A program made the translations under genes and the position numbers. A model generated the notes under the pieces. It worked only from the letters and a program-made list of their open reading frames with translations. It did no database searches and was not told where the DNA came from. From Scyliorhinus canicula (Eukaryota), in contig NW_024055751.1 in the NCBI RefSeq assembly GCF_902713615.1, forward strand, positions 1,012,672 to 1,076,671: a DNA stretch of 64,000 nucleotides, read 5' to 3'. Shown one piece after another: positions 25,701 through 39,100 of the stretch; positions within the stretch are counted from its first letter, which is position 1; every line of letters begins with the position of its first letter.

Positions 25701-27314
25701 TGTCCTTCTGGAGAATAAATCTTCCCTCTTTCCCCTGTCTGGCCTATATGTGACGAGTTCAGCAGTGATGTGGTTGATGCTTAACTATCTCTGATGTTGC
25801 CGAGCAAGCCAATCAGTTCAAGGTCTGCTGCCACAGAAAGTCAGATGTGAATTCAACCATCGGAAGTGCACCTTATCTGAAAGGTGGTTCACATCCGGCT
25901 TATCGGGATGGATAGTTAATGCTGACTGTGTCAGTGAGGGTCATATTCCGAGAATAAATGTTCAAAACTGTGCAAAGTGCTGCAGATTCCGGAAATGTAA
26001 AACAAAAACAAAAAAAGGCTGCTCAGCAGGTCAGTGAGCATCAGCAGAGAGAAACAGATTCACATTTCAGGTGGATTACCTCAATGACATAATTGTGAAG
26101 AGCAGAGCTGCTTTTCCAAGTATCTTGGACCAACATCCGTTCTTGAACTAAAATCACAGAATAGCTGGTCACTTATCACATCTCAGTTTGTGGGAGCTTG
26201 CTGTGCACAAATTCTCCGCTCTGTTTCCGACATTACAGCAGTAACTAAATTCAGCTAAAATACATCAGTGAGCTTTAAGGCGTTGAGTCGACCTGAGGTC
26301 GGGTAAAGCGGTTTACAAAAGCAAGCTCTTTCCAAACGTTTACATTTTAAAATGCAGGTAGTAATATGTTGAAAGATCTGAGATTAATGTGACTATGGGT
26401 CACTCCTCTGCTTGATGTTTTAATATATCTCCTTTAAATCGGTTAATGTTTCAATTAAATTAATATTCAGTGGAATAACAGCCTGGTTAAAGATGATTTA
26501 TTAATTGAGGCATCGGAACTTTCAGAATTAATACTTAATTTAAATTTATTTTTTCATTTCAATTAAGTAACATCTGTTCTAATGGATGTTTCTATTCATT
26601 TAACCAACTGTCAATATTCTTAAAATAAACCGCTATTTTAAGTTGAACCTAATCAATAAATGACTGTTTATCTCGTTTTGTTGATGCGAACACTTCATTG
26701 TAACCAGTGAGGTGTTTATGTAAATAAACACAGAAATAGAAGTCTCAGATTAGATTATACACTGACAAAAGCACAACAACTATTTCCCCACCGATACAGC
26801 ACAGAAATAGAGGCAAAGACGCAAATAGATCAACGGATTCCAGTAATGATTGTTTTTGACATTTGATTCTTCATCAGTTATATGAGAAAAAGGTCATCAT
26901 GATATCCATGTTCAGAATTAGGAAAGATTCCCTCTAATCTCGAAATATAATGACATGCAAAATATGTTCATAGAGTTTTCCAGTTTTCCTGTATCTGATA
27001 TCTGTCCCTTTTTCCTAACTGGTTCTGTCTCATGTCTCTCCACGATGGGTCATTGCCTTTAATGGACAACATGAAGCCAACATGTGCCCAATATAATCTC
27101 TCAGCGCAATCTCACCCCATTGGCTTCCAACTAAATGGATCGAATCCAATGAATTGGAATACATAGGCGGAGTTTTACTCTAAAATGTGGTTGGAGCATT
27201 CAATTACCTTGTAGTGTTTAATGAGAACTGTGGAGAAACATTTACCCTGTGTCTACCCTGAGCTGAACAGGGTGGTGAGGATTTGATGTGGCAGTGCCGT
27301 AGGATCTTTCCCTC
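22696..27314 (+). repeat. Segmental duplication, copy A
   Basis: Collinear anchors with copy B, e.g. ggagccagtggaattcccattcacc at about 23941/28911 and atttgatgtggcag at about 27281/32697. Confidence 0.9.
23995..24225 (+). mobile_element. tRNA-derived SINE present only in copy A
   Basis: A/B boxes; the flanks are contiguous in copy B near 28950. Confidence 0.8.
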
Positions 27315-29384
27315 TTTCTAACCAGGCTGACAGAGATAGATAGTTTCTTGATCAATAAGCGAATCAGGGGTTATGGCGACAAGGCAGGAGATAGGCTTTT
27401 AGAAACATAACAGTCGTGATTGAATGTGGAGCACACTCGATTGGCCTAATCCTTGAATTCTGCTCCTGTGTCTTATAGTTTTATGGCAGGAAGACAATCT
27501 ATGGACGATCTCAGAATAGATAGGTACCTGATTGACATCGCAGATATGGTGGGTGAAGGGCATCTTTCTGTATTGTAAACCGCTAACTCTCCATGACTCC
27601 ATGCCAAGGTCTAAAACATTACCACTCATATGGGGTGGTGATTAACCTAAACTAATCTAATAATATTTTTGCCACAAGTAAGCTGACATTAGTACTGCAA
27701 TGAAGTCACTGTGAAAAGATCCCAGTCGCCACATTCCGCCGCCTGTTTGGGAACACAGACAGAGAATTCCGAATGTCCAAATTACAGAACTGCACATCTT
27801 TCGGGACTTGTGGGAGGAAACCGGAGCACCCAATGGAAACCCACGCTGACACAGGGAGAACGTGCCGACTCCGCACAGACTGGGACTCTGGCGCTGTGAA
27901 GCAATTGGGCTACTGAGATTGGATCTGGTGCAGTCATTACTGATGCAGGGTCTCGACTAGCATAAACCGAGACAGGTTCTCGTGCAGACGCGATTACCCT
28001 TAAATGATATAGGATATAAAGCAGTGATTATTGATTCAGGGTCTGGAATATTATAAACTGAGGCAGGGTCTATTACAGTAAGTCCTGCTGCAGGGTCTGG
28101 ATTAATATATGTGTAAATACTTAATAGGTCAGATGATTAAAAACTTGGTTATTTGGGATGATTTTATTAAGGGAATTGAGGTAAAGAGGAGTAGGGAATG
28201 AATACCAGAGCTTAGGGCCGAGACGCATAAAGACATCGCAAAGCGAAACAATTAATTCTGAACATAACTTACCGTCTTGATAAATTACAATTGCAAACCC
28301 CAAGAACGATATTATATATGCACACCTATGTGAACGGCCAATCCTTTTTTGAAGTGAAGTCACTTGCTCTTCTTAACCAGATTAGAGTTCTATGATTGGG
28401 TGGACATTTATCCTGTGGTTGCCAATCTGGTGATTCTGTTAGAGCACTGTTCTGTCTAACACTGTCAGTATATTAGGCGTTTAGTGAATATAAAACGAGG
28501 CAGGAAAAGAATCCTCACCATGAAACAACTTTCCAATGGATAGAGTATAATACAAGAGTAAATTCATCATTTTGAACAAAACAGAGATTTCCATTAACTT
28601 TTGGAAATTGCAGTGCAGCGATGTTCACATGTAGACCTGTCCCTCAAGCCCAGTTCATTACTGGGACGCTGGTAAAATATTCAACTCAATATTTCCCACA
28701 TGATAGCAGAGCAAATACACATTTCATAGAACTGCTTATAGGTATTAACAAGAATTAATATAATCTCCAAATCAACAATGATTGTACTCGTACAAACAAG
28801 CAAATATATACAATCATTTATAATATCGAGAGAGGCAACAGGAACATCATTCGGTGTAATATAAACAGAGACTGGTGTGCTATTTTTGGAATAACTGATG
28901 TTTTATATGGAGCCAGTGGAATTCCCATTCACCATTGCCATCCCGTCAGAATAAGAGCCAAGTCTAGTAAAAGACCAGCCTCTGAAAATTAAATCGACCC
29001 ATGTAAGACTGGACCCATAGTTTGAACTTTAGATTCACCGAACAATATTTCAGAATGTCAAAATGCAAACCATGATAGGTTAACAGTCTTTTCTCAGTGG
29101 AATCACTATCACCTCCCACAACAGATACCCGAGCACATGACCCAGACCTGTGATCCAATGCAGAAGGAGTGTTTAATGTTCAATTGTTCCATCTTTCCGA
29201 TGCGGTGATATTACAGTCTTCTGGATAGTCTTGCAATATTATTACAGAACGGGTAATCTGGAGGCCTGAACTAATACTCCAGACACAGGAGTACAAATTC
29301 CACCAGGGCATATTGAAATGTTGTGAACAGTTTTGGTCTCCTTGTATAAGGATAGATATTTTGGGGGCAGTCCAGAGAAGGTTG

Positions 29385-29740
29385 GAGCAGCAGGGTAGCA
29401 TGGTGGTTAGCATAAATGCTTCACAGCTCCAGGGTCCCAGGTTCGATTCCCGGCTGGGTCACTGTCTGTGTGGAGTCTGCACATCCTCCCCGTGTGTGCG
29501 TGGGTTTCCTCCGGGTGCTCCGGTTTCCTCCCACAGTCCAAAGATGTGCGGGTTAGGTGGATTGGCCATGCTAAATTGCCCGTAGTGTCCTAATAAAAGT
29601 AAGGTTAAGGGGGGGGGGGGGGGGTTGTTGGGTTACGGGTATAGGGTGGATACGTGGGTTTGAGTAGGGTGATCATGGCTCGGCACAACATTGAGGGCCG
29701 AAGGGCCTGTTCTGTGCTGTACTGTTCTATGTTCTATGTT
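29385..29740 (+). mobile_element. Young HE1-like SINE present only in copy B
   Basis: Intact A/B boxes and (gttctat)n tail; near-identical to 31340-31690, 40768-41124 and 60895-61090. Confidence 0.88.
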
Positions 29741-29929
29741 CTTTAGGGAAATCCCGAGTGTGGAGGGATTTTCAATGGTAGGTAGCATTTCACAGCACAG
29801 AAAGGGGTTCCTCGCCCCATCGTTACTCTACCTGTCATCAAATAAAGAAGAATCCGGCCTTGAAACACAGACCTTGTGGTAAACAGCCAAACACACTGAC
29901 CAATTACACCATGGAGACTGTGGCCATGA

Positions 29930-30085
29930 TGTGGAGATGCTGGCGTTGGACTGGGGTGAACACAGTAAGAAGCCTTACAACACCAGGTTAAAGTCCACCA
30001 GGTTTGTTTCAAACACTAGCTCTCGGAGCACTGCTCCCACCTGAGGAGGGAGTTTAACCTGGTGTTGTAAGACTTCTTACTGTGA
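29930..30085. mobile_element. Palindromic Penelope-like pLTR remnant
   Basis: agtaagaagccttacaacaccaggttaaa ... tttaacctggtgttgtaagacttcttact inverted arms. Confidence 0.75.
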
Positions 30086-31339
30086 CCACAGAGACTGAAA
30101 TGGGAGAGCTTAAGTCGGCTAGGCCTACACGAATTGGTGTTTAGAAGAATCAGAGGCAAAGTTACTGAGATATATAGTATTCTCAGGGGGCGTGACAGTG
30201 TAGATGCTGGAGATTGTTCCCACTTTTGGGAGAGTCTAGGACCAAAGGGCACAATCTCAGAGTAAGGTGCCACTCATTTCAGACGAGGATGAAGAGGAAT
30301 TTCTTCTCTCAGAGCGTAGTGATTCTCTAGAATCATTTGCCGTATAGAGTTCGCCTGGTCAATAAATATGTTCAAGGCTGAGACAGACAGATTCTTAATC
30401 AGTAAGCGAATCAAGGGTTATGGGGACAAAGTGGAAATATGGAGTTGAGGATTTTACCAGATTTGCCACGATTTCATTGAATAGCAGATCATATTCCATG
30501 GGCCGAATGGCCAAGTTCTGCTGCAAATCTTATGGTTGTATGGCAGCTGTAGAGACCTTCAATTGAATGACTTAATCAATCAGCCAAAATTCGTCGCCTC
30601 ATTTATAATACTTCCGAAGCAATCGAAATTTCACAACGCCCAGCAGGTTCACCAGCGTCCTTCAGGAGAAGAAAGCTCCCTTCCTTACTCTGTCTGGCCC
30701 CTATGTGACTCTAGTTCAGCAATGATGTGGTTGACTATTAACTATCTTTAATATTGCCGAGCAAGCAAGTCAGTTGAAGGGAAGCTGCTACTGAAAGTCA
30801 AATGTGAATAAAATCGCTCGAAGTGCACCTCATCAAAAAGGTGGCTCACATCCGGCTTCTAAGGAGGGACAGTTAATGATGGCTATATGGCGAGGATGAA
30901 TCCAAAACTGTGTAAAGTGCTGCAGATTCTGGAAATCTAAAACAAAAACAAAAAAAAGACTGAGGAGCAGGACAGTGGGCATCAGCAGAGAGAGGAACAG
31001 ATTCACAGTTCAGGTGGATTACCTCACTGATATAATTCTAAAGAGCAGAGCTGCTTTTCCCAGTATCTTGGACTAATGTCCGTTCTTCATCTAAAATCAC
31101 AGATTAGCTGGTCACTTATCCCATCTCCATTTGTGGGAGCTGGCTGTGCACAAATTCTCTGCTCTCTTTTCAACATTAGAGCAGTGGCTAAATTCAGAAA
31201 AAATATATCAGTGAGTTTTAAGGGCGTTGGGATGACCTGAGGTCGGGTAAAGTGTTTTACAAAAGCAAGCTCTTTCCAAATGTTGACATTTTAAAATGCA
31301 AGTTGTAATATGTCGACTGATCAGAGATTAATGTGACTA

Positions 31340-31690
31340 TACATAGAACAGTACAGCACAGAACAGGCCCTTCGGCCCTCAATGTTGTGCCGAGCCATGA
31401 TCACCCTACTCAAACCCACGTATCCACCCTATACCCGTAACCCAACAACCCCCCCCCCCCCCCCCTAACCTTACTTTTATTAGGACACTACGGGCAATTT
31501 AGCATGGCCAATCCACCTAACCCGCACATCTTTGGACTGTGGGGGGAAACCGGAGCACCCGGAGAAAACCCACGCACACAGGGCTAGGACGTGCAGACGC
31601 CACACAGACAGTGACCCAGCCGGGAATCGAACCTGGGACCCTGGAGCTGTGAAGCATTTATGCTAACCACCATTCTACCCTGCTGCCCCA
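31340..31690 (-). mobile_element. Young HE1-like SINE present only in copy B
   Basis: Inverted near-identical copy of 29385-29740. Confidence 0.88.
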
Positions 31691-34600
31691 ACAACTCCTC
31701 TGCCTGATGTTTGAATCTATCTACTTTAAATCGGTTAATATTTCAATCAAATTAACATTCAGTGGAAAAGTAGCTGGATAAAGGTGCATTTTTAATTGAG
31801 GCATCAGAACTTTTAGAATGAATACTTAATTTAAAGTATTTTTTCATTTCAATTAAGTAACATCTGTCCTAATGGAAGTTTCTATTCATTTTAACCAACT
31901 GTCAATATTCCTAAAATAAACCGCTATTTTGAGGTAAAACTGATCAATATGTGAATGTGTTTATCTCGTTTTGCTGACATGAACATTTCATTGTGACCAG
32001 TGAGGTGTTTATGTAAATAAACACAGAAATAGAAGTTCCAGATTAGAATGCGGACTGAGAAAAGAGAAACAAATGTTTCCCCACCAACACAGCACAAAAA
32101 TAGAGCCAAAGATGGAAATAGATCAACGGATTCCAGCAGTGTTTGTTTTTCGACATTTTTTTATTAATCAGTTATATGAGAAAAATGTCATTATGATATC
32201 CATGTTCATAATTAGGAAAGATCCCCTCTAATCTCTAAATATAAGGGCATGCCAAGTGTGTTCGTAGAATTTTCCTGTATCCTATCTCTCTCTATGGCTT
32301 TCTCATATCTGGTTCTATCTCATGTCTCTCCACGAAGGGTCATTGTCTTTAATCGACATGTGGGCAACACTAATAACAATTTTACTGTGAAAAGCCCCGT
32401 GTGGCCACATTGCGGCGCCTATTCCAGTAAGCTGGAACGGGAATTGGACCTGCGCTGCTGGTCTTGTTCTGCATCACAAACCAGCTGTCTAGCCCACTGA
32501 GCTAAACCAGCCCTCTCAGCCTGAACTCACCCCGTTGGCTTCCAACTAAATGCACCGAATCCAATGTATTGGAATCTGGCGAGGGAGTTTTACGCTAAAA
32601 TGTGTTTGGAGTATTCAATGATCTTGGAGAGTTTAATGAGAACTGGAGAGACAAGTTTCCTCTATATCTGATCTGGGCTGCACATGGTGATTGAGGATTT
32701 GATGTGGCAGGGCCGAAGAATCTTGCCTTGCACTTTATACAGCTGCCGAGACCTTGGAGCATTTGACTGAAGAGTGTAGAGCAAGTTTACTTGCATGTAA
32801 CCTGCACTGAACCTGCCCTGTGAGTGTTTGATATCACTGTGCACAGGGAGATTTACTCCGTATCTGAACAGTGCTGTACCTGACCTGGGTGAGTTTCATG
32901 GGGAAATGCAGAGGTTTATTTACCCAGTAACTAACCCCACTGTCAACCTGTCTTGGGGATCTCTGAAGGAAGAGGGCAGAAGAGGTTTTACCTGCTACAG
33001 AACTTTTGGTTTTTCGGCCTTTAATGTGTTTGAGCGAGTTATGTAGAGGGAATTTCATTCTATATCAAAACAATTTGCAGCTGCTCTGAGAATGTTTGAT
33101 GGGGACAGTGTCAGGGAGTTTATCTTTGTCTCTAACCTGTGATGCCTCTGTCCTGCTAGTATTTGAAGGGACACTAGGCCCTGCCGCTGTATTGTACCAG
33201 GCCGTGAGCCCATCTCTGTTTATGTTATACTACCTTGTAACTTTGTCAGTTTATATTAAAATAGGGCCTATTTATCTTTGTTCATATTAAACTAGGTCAC
33301 AAATTAGAGGACATGTCTTGATCAACGAGGCATTCAGGAGTTATTGGGAGAAGGGAGGAGAATGGGGATTAGAAACATATTGGCCATGATTTAATGGCAA
33401 AGTAGTTGCGATGTGTCGAATGGCCTAATTCCGCTCCTGCACCTTTTGGACTTAGGGACCCTGTTTGTCTCTCTTTACATTAACCTACACCTGACTCTGT
33501 TTCTAGTAATTTAAACCTGTCTCTGTTTGTATTACATTAGATAAAGCCTCAGTTCTGCGCTGGGCCATGTCTCTTCATATTACCCGGCCTCAGTAATTGC
33601 TGCGGTAGACTATGCACAATAATTTGGAAAATGGCTGAGGTGGAAATGGTGAAGATTTAAAAAAACTGAGGGAACAGTGATAGTCTAAAATTCTTTAGAG
33701 AGCAATGTTGATCTATGTCCAGATAAACGTCATACTCTGTCTTGTCAGCACCCTGGATGTGTGTACGTACAACCACAGATCTCTGATCTTCTTGCAGCCA
33801 CTTCAAATTGTACAGCTGAACTTCTATTGCCTGGGCCTATTGCAATAAACTAAGGGAATGGAATAGTTGTAATTGTGTAACATAAACAAAGGACAATTAA
33901 ATAAATAACTGAGACAGAAGCTAATGTTACAGCAACTTCATTCTCTTCACAGCAGGCACACAGTAGCTGCATTGTGTATTCATCGACGGGATGCACTGCA
34001 GCAACTGGCCAATTTTCTTCAACAGCACCTTCCATACCCGAGACCTCCGAGAATCACAAGGGCAACAATCACATGGGAACACAATACTCTGCTTCCTCCC
34101 AAACATCCAACTCTCTGGGGTAGGGATTGGTCTTGGGCACCAGCAAAGAAGAAGTGATATCTTAAACTTAATTCTGCTGACTGCACTGAAAATGTATATC
34201 AAATGTTGCATAGCATACACTGTATACACTATACATCCGTTGCAGGTTGTTACCATATACTGATTTATCGTCCAAAATATGTATTATTATATTAGCTTTC
34301 CATCTCAAAGACATCTGCAATAATGCGCCCACAGTTAAAAGCAGAGGCATCATCCAGTGCATTAATAAAAATGCGCAGGTCTCGGAAAATGTAGGCTAGA
34401 ATCAGGATCAAATACAGAATCCCAACAAGGCAGAAGGCCACTCGGCCCATTGCATCTGCACCAACCTCTGAAATATCACCCTCCTCAATCCCCCGCCCTT
34501 GCACCATGACCTATGCATCCTTGGACACCGAGGGGCAATTTCGAATGGCCAATCCACCTAACCTGTACATATTTGGACTATGGGAGGAAACCAGAGCACC

Positions 34601-34699
34601 TGGAGGAAAGCCACTCAGACACAGGGAGAAAGTAAAAACTCCACGCAGTCAGGATTGAACCCCGGCGCTTTGAGGCAGTGGTGCTCCCCACTGCGCCAC

Positions 34700-35240
34700 C
34701 CTCCGCCGAAGGCATAAGCAGAGACTGGGTCTAGTGCAATATCAACTGAATTCTGGTCCAGCGGAATGCAGATTGATACAAATTGGGACATGATCAATGC
34801 AGCAATAAGAGGGATATCGTACAATCCAAGAATAACAGAGGCAGGGCCTAGTATTATATAAACAGGGGCATGCACATGTGCAGCATTAACTAAAGCAGGA
34901 TTGTGTTTACTGGAATTTAACTATCTAGTAGAGTAATAACTGAGACCGAACAACTTGTGATGCAAACAGAATGTTGTTCCAGTTAGGATGCACAGATAAA
35001 CGTTCTGATGCTGTAACCATTGTGACGTGTTTCTTACTAGACTGACCAAGACATGGGTCAGTGCGTCATAATTACGGATTTTTAACATAAACTGGGTGTG
35101 AGCCCCGGATATTAATAACTGATATTCAGCCGAGTGCAGGAAAACTGAGACAGGACCTGCTGCAATGTGATAGAGACACGGCCGAGTGTAATGTAAACAG
35201 AGGCGGGGGCAAGGTGATTGTAAGCAGAAAATGATATGTT
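34700..35240 (+). repeat. Degenerate ataaacagagacagg-type minisatellite (family also near 8800-9420, 10440-10780, 11510-11740, 18250-18560, 33090-33600, 36700-36910)
   Basis: Recurrent aacagagacagg / tgtaatataaac motifs. Confidence 0.55.
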
Positions 35241-35279
35241 TAAAATGATTTAATGGGATCTTGGAGTTGCCAGTAACGT

Positions 35280-36680
35280 CAACATTTGCTGTCAATTCCT
35301 CATTCCCCTTGAGAATGTGGTGTTGAGCCCGCTTTATGAACCATTGCACTCCATACTGAGTACGTACACCCACAGATCTGATAGGAACGGAGTTCCAGGA
35401 TTTTGAACAGTGACAGTGAGGAACAGAGACGTAGTTCCCATCAAGGTGGTATGAGGCCTGGTGGGTAACGTGCAGATCCTGCTGTTACACTGCATCTGCC
35501 GGGCCTGGTCCTTTTAGACGACTGAGTTGCTGTGTTGGAAGGTGCTATAGAAGGAGGCAGTTGCTGCATGAGATCCTTGTACGTCGTTCAAGCTACTAGA
35601 ATTGTGCACCCGTGATGCAGGGAGTGAATGTTGAAGTTGGTGGATGGGGTGTTCGTCGAGCCGTCTGCTCTGCCCTGGATGGCGTCGAGATCTCACGTGT
35701 TGCTTGAGGGGCACACGTGAGACCAATGGAGAATATTCAGTCAAACACCTGACTTCTGCCGTATAGATGATGGATGGGGGTTGGGAAGTCGCGAGGTGAG
35801 TTACTCACAGCAGAATTTCCAGCCACTGACCTGCTCTTGTAGCCACATTTTTTAAGTGTTCAGTTTTTGAGCAATGATAATCCCTAGGATATTGATAGTG
35901 GGGGATTCAATCACGGTGGTATAATTTTAAATCTAGGAGAGACGGTTAGAATATCGCTCTTTGGGGTGGTCATTGCCTGACACTTGTCAGCCCAAGCCGG
36001 AATGTTGTCCAAGTCTTGCTGCATATGAAGACAAACTGCTTCAGTATTTGATGAGTCGAATATGGTGCTGAACATTGGGTAATCACCAGCTAACATCCTC
36101 ACTTCTGATCTTATGATGAAGGGCGAAGCTTGGGCCGGGGTCGCTATCCAGGACACTATACGTTACTGGATGATCCTTGACACTTTTTACAAAGTTGCTC
36201 GTGATCAAATGCGGACTAATCGGGACATAATTGGCTGGATTGGATTTATCCTGCGTTTTGTGAACGGGTCATGTTTGATAATGTTACACATTGTTGGGTA
36301 CAAGCCAGTGCTGTATCTGCACTGGAGCAAGTTTCTTGGGGCCCAGCCAGTTCTGGAGCACAAACCTTCAGTATTGTTGCTATAATGTTGCCAGGTCGAA
36401 TAACGTTTGCAGCGCTGTCAGCCATTTCTTTATATCGTGTGGAGGAATCAAATTTCCTGAAGACTAACATCCATGATGATGCAGACCACCGGAGGAGGCC
36501 GAGATGGACCATCCTCTCGGCACCTCTGGCAGAAACTTTCACTCTTGTTTTTTTGCACTGACGTGCTGGGCTCCACCATCATTGAAGAGGGGAATTTTAT
36601 TGAGGCTCCTGCTCCGACTATTTGTTTAATTGTTCATTACTATTCAGGACTGGATGTGGGTGAACTGCAAAGGTAGATCA
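35280..36680 (-). mobile_element. Decayed CR1/L2-group LINE
   Basis: Homologous to 2490-3545 (VRMLAGDYPMFSTIFDSSNTEAVCLHMQQDLDNI). Confidence 0.7.
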
Positions 36681-37549
36681 GATCCATTGAAAACAGGATC
36701 ACAGTGATTGTGTGATATAAACATTGACATGTACTGGTGCAGTATTAATTGAAACAGAGTGTCGTGTAATGTGAACAGAGACATAGTCTAGTCGAACAAA
36801 AATACAGGTGGAACCCAATTTAAAATTAACAGAGACAGGAATTAGTGCAGTAATTATTGAGGCAATGTCTGCTTCATGTAATGTAAAGCATCTCGATTTA
36901 AATTCCATCTGCTGGCCAAATTTTGCAATTGCAGTTACTGTGAAAATGTCGTTGTCAGGTATGATCCATGATGTTGATGGGTCAATAATTCATTTCCACA
37001 AATGTAATATCACATCGCGTTCTGTGGAGCTGCTAAAATCTCAGGTTTAACTCATTGCAGCTGTTGGTGGCTAATTCTTGCGCAGTGAGGTCAGCACCAG
37101 AGCAAAGCGGCACAATCCCTGGTCGCGTGTTTTTGTTCATCTTTGTTAAATGGAGGAGTGTTTGCCTGGGCCCTGTATGAAGTCCATAGGAAATTTAACA
37201 TTCACCTTAACGTACATGATGTTGGGGCGAATTCGTTGGTTCATTATACCAGCTGAAAGACGGTTGGGGTCATTGTCTCCAAAGCCTCCAAGGAAGTTAA
37301 GATGGGATCTTAAGTTGAATGGGAAATGTGGGTGTGCGTGTAAGACAGAGCGAATGCATGTGTGAGAGATTGTGTCTGTGTTTCGAGTGTGTGTGCGAAA
37401 GCGAATTTTTGCGTGTCGTTGTGTGAAACACATCATGTTGTGTACAACTGAATTTCACTGAGGTCACAGGCATCCTTCTATTTCCAACAGATACACAACA
37501 AATATCCACTGATTTTGACGCAAGTGTTGCAGATGAAGCTCCCAATTGT

Positions 37550-39100
37550 CGTTCTGGGTTTTCATAATCTCGGTTTGTGTCTATTTCAAAGCTGCTATAT
37601 CCACTGGTCCTGGTGGCTCACACCAGCCCACCGGAAGTGTCGCCATTTTTTTTCGTTTGCTGCTGGTCACACCCAATTGCGATGCTCAATATTTAGATTT
37701 AGGGACATTATGTCACACTTAGAAGAAACCTTGAAGTGGAATATCTGGCTCCCCACTGGATGCGTGGCCCCGGCTGCTTCGCGAAGTGGAAATTCCTTGG
37801 TCATGTGGCCATCTTCCATTTGGAGACCACACTAGAACCGTGCAAACCACTTCTTGATTGTTTTGAAGGGACTTGGAAGCTCTGTCTTTGAGAGAACTGC
37901 TGCATTTCTGATTTTGTCCTGCCAGTAAATATCCATAATGCACATAATGCAACAAAGATGAAATTTTTTTAGCTATTTTTCTTGACAGCTGCAAGTGTTC
38001 CTTGTTTCACAGACATACAACAAGGTTCATAGAATCATAGAATTTACAGTGCAGAAGGAGGCTATTCGGCCCATCAAGTCCCTTGGAGACAGCATCCTAC
38101 CTAACCCGTACCTCCACCCTATCCCCACATCTCCACACTATCTCTGTAACCCCATCTGACCTTTATTGGATACTAATGGCAATTTACCATAGCCAATCCA
38201 CCTATCCTGGACATCTTAGGACTGTGGGAGGAAACAGGAGTGCCCGGAGGAACCCACGCAGACACGGGGAGAATGTGCAGACTCTGCACAGTGACCCAAG
38301 GCGGAAATTGAACCGGTGACCCTGAAGCTATGAAGCAACTGTGCTTGCCACTGTTCTAACTTGTTGACCTAAGGTTCTGCTGAGAGTTTAGGCCTTATAA
38401 ACCCTTAGCTCATTCCAAAGCTTGATGTTATTCCATGGACATTTTAATGAGTCAAACAAAGGTAGTACCTGCTTTCCCCATGTCAGCATCAAGTTCTACA
38501 TCAAGGCAGAAAGTGCAACACCTTGTCCACGATCACTGTTTTCCTCATGCTTATGGCAAGGAAGAACAAGTTACAGGCATTGGGGACAGAGTCCATGAGT
38601 CTCTGTGGATGAGGTTTTGTTTGGATGATAGAATTTTCAGCGTGGAGGAATTCTCTGATGCGGATGCATTGTGATTTTGTCTCCGTTTTGATGACTGAAA
38701 GGTTGTAGGGGTTGCAGCCTGACGGAGTGTGCTAGTGGATTTCATCCATATCTTCAGGGAATGCAAAGATCAGCAGCTTGAAGTGAAAGCTCCCGAATAG
38801 AGTTGGGTCAATCACACGGTCCTCTTTTACTCAATTATTCACTTAGAATCTGTCGGAAGTGGAATCGTCAACCTGTACAATGCAGTGCATTTTGCCATGG
38901 AAGAAGTGAATGAGACAGGGGAGCTTTGACAGACAGCCAATTATCCCCAAATCTTATAGTCCCTGCTCTGCTGACGGTGCCGAATGTTTATTGAGATTGA
39001 TGAAAGCAAGGTGAAGAGGTAGACTTGTGGTATAGGGAACAGATCATGCCCAGAGTAAATCTTGCGACACAAACACCACACCTTGCTTCCAGCTACATTC
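37550..39100 (-). mobile_element. Decayed RTE-clade LINE (interrupted by a SINE at 38030-38360)
   Basis: Minus frame CIRIREFLHAENSII...QRLMDSVPNACNLFFLAISMRKTV resembles the RTE RT region (IRELLFADD...QRLMD...AC...LTIS.KKT). Confidence 0.65.

Larger units (their letters stand above)
28167..32729 (+). repeat. Segmental duplication, copy B
   Basis: See copy A; carries a different set of SINE/PLE insertions. Confidence 0.9.
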
